This document shows positions 47,501 to 55,736 of a DNA stretch of 64,000 nucleotides, one piece after another. The translations under genes were made by a program, and so were the position numbers. Source of the DNA: Dehalococcoidia bacterium (GTDB lineage Bacteria > Chloroflexota > Dehalococcoidia > SZUA-161); NCBI GenBank assembly GCA_011174795.1, contig DUEY01000002.1, positions 11,013 through 75,012 of the forward strand. Direction: 5' to 3'. How positions within the stretch are numbered: position 1 is the first letter of the stretch; every line of letters starts with the position of its first letter. The notes below the pieces were generated by a model. That model was not told the origin of the DNA. It saw only the letters and a list, made by a program, of their open reading frames with translations, and did not search any database.

Positions 47501-48733
47501 ATGAAGGCTGAGATCATTTCCATCGGCACCGAGCTACTGCTGGGGCAGATAACCGATACCAATGCCGCGTATCTTGCCTCCGAACTACCTCTGCTGGGCA
47601 TCGACCTCTACTGGATAACCCAGGTGGGTGACAACCGCAGCCGGCTGGTAGATGCCTTAAGGCGGGCCTGCGAGCGCTCCGATATCGTCATCACCACGGG
47701 AGGCCTAGGCCCCACCGAGGACGACGTGACTCGTGAAGCTATTGCCGAACTGCTAGGCGAGGAAATGACTGTTGACCCTGAGATCGAGCAGTGGATACGG
47801 GACATGTTCCAGAAGATGGATATTGACATGCCTGAATGTAATATCAGGCAAGCGAACCTGATCCCCTCGGCACGGGCTATCATCAACCTGCGGGGGACAG
47901 CTCCCGGGTGGTGGGTGGAGCACGAGAATAGGATAATCCTGACTATGCCCGGCCCCCCTAGTGAAATGCAGCAGATGTGGGAAAGGGAGATAAAACCCGA
48001 ACTAAAGAAAAGACTGAGTGGTGATATTATTGTTTCGCGTACCGTCAAGACACTGGGGCTCACCGAGGCCAGGGTAGACGAAATGGTGACCCCGCTTTTA
48101 CACTCGACAAACCCCACTCTGGCGGTCTACGCTAAGCTCGACGGTATACACCTCCGCCTTACTGCCAAGCACCGCGAGCAAGCAAAGGCGAGAGAACTGA
48201 TTGCACAAGCAGAAGAGCAGCTAAGCGACATTTTGGGACAATATATCTGGGGATTCGACGAAGATACCCTTGAAAGCATTATCGGCTCAATGCTTAGACA
48301 AAAGATGCTTAGCCTGGCAACTATGGAGTCATGCACCGGTGGTCTTCTTGCCAGCACTATTACCGATGTCCCCGGCAGTTCCGATTATTTCAAAGGGGGC
48401 CTGGTCGCCTATTCTGCAGAGATGAAGGCTACTTTTGGAGTTGACGATGCACTCCTCGCCGAAAAGGGCACTGTGGCCTCAGAAGTAGCAGCAGCGATGG
48501 CTCAGGCAGCGCGCCTCAAATTAAAGGCTGATATCGGCATCGGCATCACCGGCGTCGCAGGCCCTGCCGAACTCGAGTGGAAAACAGCCGGTACCGTTCA
48601 CATCGCAATCGATGCCGATGGAAAAGTAAGCTCGCTCTCGACTCGCTTTCCACCACGACGCCAGGAGGTCAAGCGCCGCGCTGTATTCGCCGCCCTCTTT
48701 ATACTCAGACAGCTTCTAATCGACTGGAAATAG
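47501..48733 (+). CDS. cinA: competence/damage-inducible protein CinA (MoCF-biosynthesis-like plus nicotinamide-nucleotide amidase domains)
   Basis: MKAEIISIGTELLLGQITDTNAAYLA at the N-terminus and a C-terminal CinA domain. Confidence 0.85.
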   Translation: MKAEIISIGTELLLGQITDTNAAYLASELPLLGIDLYWITQVGDNRSRLVDALRRACERSDIVITTGGLGPTEDDVTREAIAELLGEEMTVDPEIEQWIRDMFQKMDIDMPECNIRQANLIPSARAIINLRGTAPGWWVEHENRIILTMPGPPSEMQQMWEREIKPELKKRLSGDIIVSRTVKTLGLTEARVDEMVTPLLHSTNPTLAVYAKLDGIHLRLTAKHREQAKARELIAQAEEQLSDILGQYIWGFDEDTLESIIGSMLRQKMLSLATMESCTGGLLASTITDVPGSSDYFKGGLVAYSAEMKATFGVDDALLAEKGTVASEVAAAMAQAARLKLKADIGIGITGVAGPAELEWKTAGTVHIAIDADGKVSSLSTRFPPRRQEVKRRAVFAALFILRQLLIDWK

Positions 48734-48739
48734 CCTGGC

Positions 48740-49330
48740 TCACTTCAGCCCACCTGAGCCGAAGACCAAATTCAGGAACTGGTCCAGTATTATGGCAGTG
48801 ATACCTGTTATTCTATGCTCTCCGAACTGATAATGGACCCAAGGGTGAAGCCTGCCCTCGGAATCCGGAGTTTGCGTACTGAAGCAGGACGGGTCCATAA
48901 GTGCCGTTACAGATGCCTCTACCAATGCCTCCACCTCTTCACGATTTACCTTGAACTCATATGGATATGGAATGACACCGACGAAAGGCGTGATAGCAAA
49001 ACGGCTTGTTGCCGTTGCCTGGTCATCCAGCTTACCGAGTATTTCCACATCACCGGGTCGAATCCCGACCTCCTCGTAAGCCTCCCGGAGTGCAGTAGTC
49101 TCCAAGTTACCGTCCTCATCGTCATAAGCCCCGCCGGGAAACGCCATCTGCCCTTTATGATGCTCTACATCCTGCGTCCTCTTAGTAAGCACGATGTAAT
49201 ACTCTCCGCCCCTTTTATAGATGGGAACCAGCACCGCTGATGGCGCCAGCCCTTTTCTGGTGATTACCCTCCTCCGTCTTTGAGACAGTATTTCCGCGAT
49301 TCTTCGCTTCCAGGATTCTTCTTTATTCAT
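48740..49330 (-). CDS. NUDIX hydrolase (CoA pyrophosphatase-like)
   Basis: Nudix box GGAYDDEDGNLETTALREAYEEVGI. Confidence 0.75.
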   Translation of the reverse strand: MNKEESWKRRIAEILSQRRRRVITRKGLAPSAVLVPIYKRGGEYYIVLTKRTQDVEHHKGQMAFPGGAYDDEDGNLETTALREAYEEVGIRPGDVEILGKLDDQATATSRFAITPFVGVIPYPYEFKVNREEVEALVEASVTALMDPSCFSTQTPDSEGRLHPWVHYQFGEHRITGITAIILDQFLNLVFGSGGLK

Positions 49331-49356
49331 AATTCGATTTCAATATGCACACAGGG

Positions 49357-49962
49357 CTAGTCGGTTGTTAACGACCCAAGCGCCTGCCAGAGCCCAAGGA
49401 CTTTTTCCTCGAGCGTATCGATGTCGGCATCATTTTCAATAACTACGTGAGCGTGTTTCACTCGCTCAGCTATGGACATTTGAGCGTTTAAACGTGCTCT
49501 TGCCTGATCCTCGGTGAACCCTTTCTGTTCCCGCAGCCGATTAATCACGGTAGCCTCCGAGGCGGCTACAACCCAAACCTGGTCCACAAGGTCAGTCCAG
49601 TTGGCCTCGATAAGCAACGCAGCCTCCAAAATCACTACCTTGACTTTACGGCGGCGCAATGCCTCAATTCTTTGCTCTACTACGCGACGCATTCTTGGGT
49701 GCATAATCTTGTTGAGTTGCTCCAGAGCCTGCGGATTATTAAACACAATTTCGGCAAGCTTGCCCCGGTCAACCTCGTTGGTTTGGTCAAGGATACCGTT
49801 GCTGAAGGCGGCTATTACTTCCCCCCGGGCTTCGCTGCCGCTACGAAGGGCTTCATGCCCTACCCTATCAGCGTCGATAAGGGTGGCTCCCAACCTCGAG
49901 AGCATACGGGACACAGTGCTCTTACCACTGGCAATTCCACCTGTCAGACCGATAACAATCAT
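49357..49962 (-). CDS. coaE: dephospho-CoA kinase
   Basis: MIVIGLTGGIASGKSTV P-loop at the N-terminus. 201 aa. Confidence 0.9.
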   Translation of the reverse strand: MIVIGLTGGIASGKSTVSRMLSRLGATLIDADRVGHEALRSGSEARGEVIAAFSNGILDQTNEVDRGKLAEIVFNNPQALEQLNKIMHPRMRRVVEQRIEALRRRKVKVVILEAALLIEANWTDLVDQVWVVAASEATVINRLREQKGFTEDQARARLNAQMSIAERVKHAHVVIENDADIDTLEEKVLGLWQALGSLTTD

Positions 49963-50003
49963 TTGTTATTCCCGAAGCCAAGCCCGTGCCGGGCTATTCT
50001 ATT

Positions 50004-50035
50004 AAAAAGCCCAAGCCTTACGGGCCTGGGCTTTT
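50004..50035. terminator. bidirectional intrinsic-terminator-like hairpin (A-run, GC stem, T-run)
   Basis: AAAAAGCCCAAGCCTTACGGGCCTGGGCTTTT. A second hairpin AGCCCGtgcCGGGCT lies at 49981-49995. Confidence 0.45.
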
Positions 50036-50070
50036 CGACAGCAACCATGTCAAACAGCCTGAAAACATCT

Positions 50071-50397
50071 CTAGTTTTTAGAAAACAGACTCGCGATATC
50101 TCCCTCGAAATCCTTCAAGAGATTATGTACATCCAGAACGTCATCTATCCCCACCACCTCGCCATCAGTAAATCTATCGTACTCATCCTCGGTAAAATCG
50201 GTAATAACTTCGGCAATAGTGCCATCCTGAACAACTGCGGCTATCAACCCCTGAGTTCGACAGGAGTTGCAGTAGACACTGAGAACCCAAAGCCCGTCCT
50301 CCTGGTCGATCACCTTGATATTCGACATATCATAGCGCTGACCACAAATCCCGCACTCTACTTTAGAAAAAAGCCGCTTCAGGAATGACTCACGCAT
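50071..50397 (-). CDS. hypothetical zinc-ribbon protein
   Basis: CGICGQ...CNSC motifs. Immediately downstream of the bifunctional nuclease gene on the same strand. Confidence 0.45.
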   Translation of the reverse strand: MRESFLKRLFSKVECGICGQRYDMSNIKVIDQEDGLWVLSVYCNSCRTQGLIAAVVQDGTIAEVITDFTEDEYDRFTDGEVVGIDDVLDVHNLLKDFEGDIASLFSKN

Positions 50398-50411
50398 CTC
50401 GCAGCACCTCC

Positions 50412-50939
50412 CTAAGAGTCCGATTTTCCCTTGTCAAAGTCCGAAAGGTCAAGACTCTCGATAAAATCGCGGAATGCAGACATCTGCTCCAGTTCCTCAG
50501 GAGGGATATCACGTACTGGTGTCGGCTTTCCAGTCTCCGGATCGATAACAATCCCCGCCTTCTCGAGCACGGCTTCCTCCGCGTAGATGGGCGATTGCGT
50601 CCTCACTGCCAGCGCTATAGCATCGCTGGGACGTGAATCCACTTCCATCTGCTTGCCGTCAACAGCAAGGATGATCTTTGCGAAGAAGGTATCGTTTTGC
50701 AGGTCACAAACGACAATCGATTCCACAGTGGCTCCGAGGGTGCTGATAACAGAGCCCAACAGGTCATGCGTTAAGGGACGGGGCACCTGATAATCCTGGA
50801 GTTTAACGGCTATAGCATCAGCCTCAGCGGGGCCTATCCAGATTGGCAGGTAGCGTTCCGCTTCCTTCTCTTTGAGGATAACCACCCTCTGGTAATTGAG
50901 AGTGCTCACACGTATACTCTCAATAACCATCTCAAGCAT
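50412..50939 (-). CDS. bifunctional nuclease family protein (DUF151/BFN domain)
   Basis: LPIWIGPAEADAIAVKLQ...RPLTHDL is typical of the BFN domain. Confidence 0.7.
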   Translation of the reverse strand: MLEMVIESIRVSTLNYQRVVILKEKEAERYLPIWIGPAEADAIAVKLQDYQVPRPLTHDLLGSVISTLGATVESIVVCDLQNDTFFAKIILAVDGKQMEVDSRPSDAIALAVRTQSPIYAEEAVLEKAGIVIDPETGKPTPVRDIPPEELEQMSAFRDFIESLDLSDFDKGKSDS

Positions 50940-51039
50940 AACCCACCCCTCGCAGGAAGTATATTTTACCTTATGGGCAGCCTCAGTGTCAAGGTTGACA
51001 AAGCTGAGCCTTTGGGCTATATTTTTACACTGCCAGCAA

Positions 51040-51100
51040 GGGCGGTTAGCTCAGGGGTTAGAGCGCCCCGATGAATCGGGGAGGTCACTGAGCGAGACCC
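51040..51100 (+). pseudogene. tRNA-Val 5' fragment duplicate (positions 1-27 identical to the downstream tRNA-Val, then a substitute stem-loop and no T-arm or acceptor 3' strand)
   Basis: gggcggttagctcaggggttagagcgc is identical to 51411-51437. It is followed by CCCCGATGAATCGGGGAGGTCAC and then diverges. Confidence 0.6.
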
Positions 51101-51101
51101 C

Positions 51102-51350
51102 ATGTATTATGTATATATTCTAAAGAGTCAGAGAAAAGGTGGCTTCTACACCGGCTTCACTAAAGATGTAGTGAAAAGGCTCTCGCAACATAATACCGGA
51201 AAGGTCAAGTCAACTAAACATTTAATACCTTTTGACCTTGTTTACAGCGAAGCTTACCAAAATGCTGCTGAAGCAAGAAAGCGAGAGTATTATATCAAGT
51301 CCCAGAAAAGCCGGCAGTTCATAGAACAATTAATAGCGAAGGCTAGTTAG
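51102..51350 (+). CDS. GIY-YIG nuclease family protein (small, standalone)
   Basis: MYYVYILKS..GGFYTGFT..R..QHN matches the GIY-YIG N-terminal motif. 82 aa. Confidence 0.8.
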   Translation: MYYVYILKSQRKGGFYTGFTKDVVKRLSQHNTGKVKSTKHLIPFDLVYSEAYQNAAEARKREYYIKSQKSRQFIEQLIAKAS

Positions 51351-51366
51351 CTTAGCAGTTTGAAAG

Positions 51367-51391
51367 CCCCGATATAATCGGGGTAGGTCAC
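51367..51391. repeat. stem-loop CCCCGATATAATCGGGG-T-AGGTCAC, imperfect direct repeat of 51066-51088 (CCCCGATGAATCGGGG-A-GGTCAC), flanking the GIY-YIG gene
   Basis: Both copies are perfect 7-bp inverted repeats followed by GGTCAC, a sequence also present in the variable/T-stem region of tRNA-Val. Confidence 0.6.
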
Positions 51392-51410
51392 AGGTAATCA
51401 TTGACAAGAA

Positions 51411-51486
51411 GGGCGGTTAGCTCAGGGGTTAGAGCGCTGCGTTGACATCGCAGAGGTCACTGGTTCAAATCCAGTATCGCCCACCA
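51411..51486 (+). tRNA. tRNA-Val (anticodon GAC)
   Basis: Full cloverleaf with acceptor GGGCGGT/ATCGCCC, anticodon loop TTGACAT, T-arm ACTGGTTCAAATCCAGT and encoded CCA. Confidence 0.9.
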
Positions 51487-51631
51487 TTCATTCTACTTCG
51501 TTCATAGTGTCCCACCCAGTTACCACCAGATAAGGGATTTCAATTCTCTTGTGCAGAGAGACAAAATAATGTAATATTTTTAAAGTGAACCTCTCGTTCC
51601 ATACGGGCGGGAGGTTCTGCTTTCGAATCCA

Positions 51632-53398
51632 TTGAAAGGTTGTGTGGTGCCTGGCAGGAAAATTGAGGACGCTCAGAAAGCAGAGCAACGTGAGGGCACA
51701 CGCCACTCGGCAGCTCATATCATGGCCGAAGCGGTATTATCGCTCTTTCCCGAAGCCAAATTCGGCATAGGACCCGCCACAGCCGACGGCTTCTACTATG
51801 ACTTCGACCTGCCACGTGCACTGACGCCAGAAGACCTGGCTACCATCGAGACCAAGATGCACGAGAGCATAGCCTCTAATCATCCTTTCTTCAGAGAGGA
51901 AGTCAGCAAGGATGCAGCCCGCGAGATGTTCAGCGCCCAGCCCTATAAGCTCGAGCTTATCGATGAGTTGCCCGATGATACAGTTACGGTTTACCGGCAC
52001 GGCTCCTTCGTAGACCTCTGCCGTGGCCCTCACGTGACCTCGACGGGTGAGATCAAGGCCTTCAAGCTGCTGAGCATTGCCGGAGCTTACTGGAGAGGCG
52101 ATGAGCAACGCCCTATGCTGCAGCGGATATATGGCACCGCCTTCGACACCGCGGAAGAGTTGGAGAGCCATCTCGAGAAGCTGGATGAAGCTGCAAAGCG
52201 CGACCACAGGAAGCTGGGTAAGTCGCTTGACCTGTTCAGCATCCACGATGAGGCAGGAGCAGGGCTCGTCTACTGGCACCCAAAGGGTGCCCTCATACGC
52301 AACATCATCGAGGACTTCTGGAAAAGCGAGCACTTCAAGCGGGGCTACGATATCATACACACACCTCATATCGCGAAAATCGGCCTTTGGCAGAGCAGCG
52401 GTCATCTGGAATTCTACAAAGATAGTATGTATCCACCCATCGACATCGAGGGGCAGAACTATCTGATAAAGCCGATGAATTGCCCCGGCCATATCCTCAT
52501 ATATAAGACACAACTCCGCAGCTATAGACAGTTACCACTTCGCTGGGCAGAACTGGGTACCGTTTACCGCTGGGAAAGGTCCGGTGTCCTCCACGGGCTA
52601 ACCCGCGTACGAGGCTTCACCCAAGACGATGCCCACATATTCTGCCGCCCCGACCAACTGGAGGACGAAGTAGTCGGTGTGGTAGAATTCGCCTGCTTCA
52701 TGCTCCGCATCTTCGGCTTCGATGAATACGATGTCATGCTCTCCACACGTCCTGAGAAATACGCGGGCACTATCGAGGTCTGGGACCAAGCAACAGATAC
52801 GTTAAAGAGAGCGCTCGAGCGCCTCCACATAGACTATGAAATAGACCCTGGAGAAGGTGTATTCTACGGCCCTAAGATAGATATCTCGCTCAGAGACTCA
52901 CTTGGGCGAACCTGGCAAGGACCTACCACGCAGGTAGATTTCAACCTGCCCGAGCGGTTCGACGTCAACTACATCGGCGATGATGGACTTGAGCACCGGG
53001 TAGTGATGATACACCGCACCGTTCTGGGAAGTATGGAACGCTTCCTGGGCTGCCTCATAGAGCACTATGGCGGCGCATTTCCGCCGTGGCTTGCACCTAT
53101 CCAGGTAGAGGTAATACCCATAGCCGACCAGCATCTGGACTATGCGCACAAGGTAGCCCTTGAGCTTGAGAGCGAGGGGATAAGGGTTGAAACAGATGAG
53201 CGCAGCGAGAGGATGAACTTGAAGATACGCGATGCACAGCTTCGGAAGGTGCCCTACATGTTGATTGTAGGCAATGAAGAGGAGGCAAGCTCGACGGTCT
53301 CGGTTCGCCTCCGTAATGGCGAGAACTTAAAATCCCAATCCCTATCCCAGTTCAAGTCCCTCGTTAAGGTAATCGTGGAATCAAAGAAAAACGTTTGA
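51632..53398 (+). CDS. thrS: threonine--tRNA ligase (lacks the N-terminal TGS domain; start codon uncertain)
   Basis: Editing-domain HSAAHIMAEAV and class II catalytic core. Confidence 0.85.
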   Translation: MKGCVVPGRKIEDAQKAEQREGTRHSAAHIMAEAVLSLFPEAKFGIGPATADGFYYDFDLPRALTPEDLATIETKMHESIASNHPFFREEVSKDAAREMFSAQPYKLELIDELPDDTVTVYRHGSFVDLCRGPHVTSTGEIKAFKLLSIAGAYWRGDEQRPMLQRIYGTAFDTAEELESHLEKLDEAAKRDHRKLGKSLDLFSIHDEAGAGLVYWHPKGALIRNIIEDFWKSEHFKRGYDIIHTPHIAKIGLWQSSGHLEFYKDSMYPPIDIEGQNYLIKPMNCPGHILIYKTQLRSYRQLPLRWAELGTVYRWERSGVLHGLTRVRGFTQDDAHIFCRPDQLEDEVVGVVEFACFMLRIFGFDEYDVMLSTRPEKYAGTIEVWDQATDTLKRALERLHIDYEIDPGEGVFYGPKIDISLRDSLGRTWQGPTTQVDFNLPERFDVNYIGDDGLEHRVVMIHRTVLGSMERFLGCLIEHYGGAFPPWLAPIQVEVIPIADQHLDYAHKVALELESEGIRVETDERSERMNLKIRDAQLRKVPYMLIVGNEEEASSTVSVRLRNGENLKSQSLSQFKSLVKVIVESKKNV

Positions 53399-53511
53399 TT
53401 TCTTTGAACAGTTGTGTTATAAAAGTATGCTAGCTCATTCTTGGGAGGGAAAGTATAGTTAAACACTTTACGGCGCGGGAGCGTGTAAGCAAGCAGTACC
53501 GAATCAATAGC

Positions 53512-54063
53512 ATGATCAGGGCTAAAGAGGTCCGGGTGATCGGGGAGAACGGTGAGCAGCATGGTATTCTATCACTGAAGGACGCCCTTAATCTCGCCCA
53601 GGACAAAGAGGTTGACCTGGTCGAAGTAGCTCCCACCGCCGACCCACCGGTCTGCCGCCTGCTCGATTACGGCAAATTCAAGTACGAGCAGCAGAAGAAG
53701 GAGCGGCAGGCACACAAGAAGCAGACCACGATCTCCATAAGACAGGTGCGTCTTCGGCCGAAGACCGGTGAGCATGACCTGTGGTTCAAGACAGCCCTGG
53801 TAAAGAAGCTGCTCGATAAGGGTAACAAGGTCAAGGTTCTGGTGCTCTTCCGCGGACGTGAGATTTCACACCCTCAATTGGGAAAGGAATTGCTAGACAA
53901 AGTAGCCAACGCCCTGAAGGAAAGGGCAAGTGTGGAACGGCCGGCTTCTATAGAGGGACGCTCCATGAGCATGATACTTTCCCCCCAGACAATTAGGAAA
54001 CCCAAGAAAGAACAAAACGAAGTGGCTGAAGAGGTTGCAGATGCCCAAAATGAAAACTCATAA
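53512..54063 (+). CDS. infC: translation initiation factor IF-3
   Basis: MIRAKEVRVIGENGEQHGILSLKDALNLAQDKEVDLVEVAP. Confidence 0.9.
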   Translation: MIRAKEVRVIGENGEQHGILSLKDALNLAQDKEVDLVEVAPTADPPVCRLLDYGKFKYEQQKKERQAHKKQTTISIRQVRLRPKTGEHDLWFKTALVKKLLDKGNKVKVLVLFRGREISHPQLGKELLDKVANALKERASVERPASIEGRSMSMILSPQTIRKPKKEQNEVAEEVADAQNENS

Positions 54064-54238
54064 GGGAGCTAAGGACCGTTTCCATATTACCGGAAGTGGT
54101 AAGATTATGCGCGTAAAAATCGGCAAAAGCCACCTGCGCCGTAAGAAGCCAAAACGGGTGCGACGGCTGTATGATGAAACGATTCCCCTCCACCCTACGG
54201 CAAGGAAGCGAATAAGAAGGTTGCTGCCGGGGGTCTAA
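54035..54238 (+). CDS. rpmI: 50S ribosomal protein L35
   Basis: [24 protein letters not shown]. Confidence 0.9.
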   Translation: MQMPKMKTHKGAKDRFHITGSGKIMRVKIGKSHLRRKKPKRVRRLYDETIPLHPTARKRIRRLLPGV

Positions 54239-54332
54239 AGAGCTAATCGGGCTTAGAAAGGCCCGCCCACAGATAGAATTGTGGGAAAGGATTTCCAGCC
54301 TTGAAATCATATATTGCCACAGGAGGATTACC

Positions 54333-54704
54333 TTGCCTCGAGTAACAGGCGGAACAACAACCCGCCACCGTCATAAGAAAGTACTGAAGCTAACCAAGGG
54401 GCACCGGGCCACCAAGCACTCTCTCTACCGGCGAGCCCATGAATCGATGCTGAAGTCGCTGTCATATGCGTATCGCCATCGAAGAGAACGCAAGGGCGAT
54501 ATGCGCCGGCTGTGGATTACTCGAATTAATGCCGCGACAAGACTCGAAGGTCTTTCCTACAGCAGGTTTATCGAGGGTTTAAGTAGAGCTGGAATAGCCC
54601 TCGATCGCAAGATGCTCGCCGAGTTAGCAGTAACGGACCCCACCGCTTTCGCCCAGTTGGTGGCAGTAGCCAAGGAGAATATCCAGCAAGTAGATGAAAG
54701 ATAA
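54333..54704 (+). CDS. rplT: 50S ribosomal protein L20 (TTG start)
   Basis: (M)[28 protein letters not shown]. Start moved to the TTG that gives the canonical N-terminus. Confidence 0.85.
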   Translation: MPRVTGGTTTRHRHKKVLKLTKGHRATKHSLYRRAHESMLKSLSYAYRHRRERKGDMRRLWITRINAATRLEGLSYSRFIEGLSRAGIALDRKMLAELAVTDPTAFAQLVAVAKENIQQVDER

Positions 54705-55734
54705 GCTTGACGAGCTCCGATCAAAGGCGATCAGCGAGCTCGACAGCATCGATGCACCGAGCGACCTCGATTCCTGGCGTGTCCGCTATCTGGGCCGCAA
54801 GAGCGCCCTGACACAGGTTCTGCGTGGATTAGCGACGTTGCCCCTGGAGGAGAAACGGTCAGTAGGGGCAGCCGCCAATGAACTCAGAGCCTTCCTGGAA
54901 AAGAGCCTGGCACTTAAAGAAGAATCGGTCAGGGAGTCTGAGGTGGCCCGGTCTATCGAGAGGGGACGCCTCGATGTTACCCTGCCCGGCCGCCCCCCTG
55001 CCCTCGGTCGGTTGCACCCCGCTACCCAGATGCTTCGTCATATCTGCGATATTTTCCTGTCCATGGGCTTCGAGGTAGTCGAGGGGCCCGATGTGGAATG
55101 GGAATACTATAACTTTGATGCGCTTAACATACCCCCTGACCATCCCGCCCGCGATATGTGGGACACGCTGTGGATAGATTTCGAGACCGAAGATGGGCAG
55201 CGGCCAATGCTCCTCCGCACCCACACCTCTCCCATGCAGATTCGAGTTATGGAGTCCCGGCTTCCACCTGTGCGGGTGATAGTGCCGGGCAAAGTCTATA
55301 GATACGAGGCAACCGATGCCACCCACGAAGCCATATTCTACCAGATAGAAGGATTCGCAGTTGACAGGAATATCACCCTCGCCGACCTGAAGGGAACCCT
55401 GTTCGAGTTCGCCAAGCAGCTTTTCGGAGAGGAGCGGAAGGTGAGGTTCAGATGCGACTACTTCCCCTTCGTTGAACCGGGAGTCGAGATGGCAATCGAC
55501 TGCTTCGCGTGTAACGGCGCCGGCTGCTCGCTTTGCTCAGGAAGCGGCTGGATCGAGATACTGGGCGCGGGAATGGTGCATCCCGATGTCCTGCGCAGGG
55601 TGAACTACGACCCCGAGGTCTATACCGGCTTCGCCTTCGGACTGGGAGTAGAGCGTATGTCCATGCTCAAGTACGGCATCGAAGATATCCGTCTCTTCTA
55701 CTCAAATGACCTGAGATTTTTGCGGCAGTTTTAG
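54694..55734 (+). CDS. pheS: phenylalanine--tRNA ligase alpha subunit
   Basis: Class II core motifs, including the FPFVEPGVE region. Confidence 0.9.
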   Translation: MKDKLDELRSKAISELDSIDAPSDLDSWRVRYLGRKSALTQVLRGLATLPLEEKRSVGAAANELRAFLEKSLALKEESVRESEVARSIERGRLDVTLPGRPPALGRLHPATQMLRHICDIFLSMGFEVVEGPDVEWEYYNFDALNIPPDHPARDMWDTLWIDFETEDGQRPMLLRTHTSPMQIRVMESRLPPVRVIVPGKVYRYEATDATHEAIFYQIEGFAVDRNITLADLKGTLFEFAKQLFGEERKVRFRCDYFPFVEPGVEMAIDCFACNGAGCSLCSGSGWIEILGAGMVHPDVLRRVNYDPEVYTGFAFGLGVERMSMLKYGIEDIRLFYSNDLRFLRQF

Positions 55735-55736
55735 CT

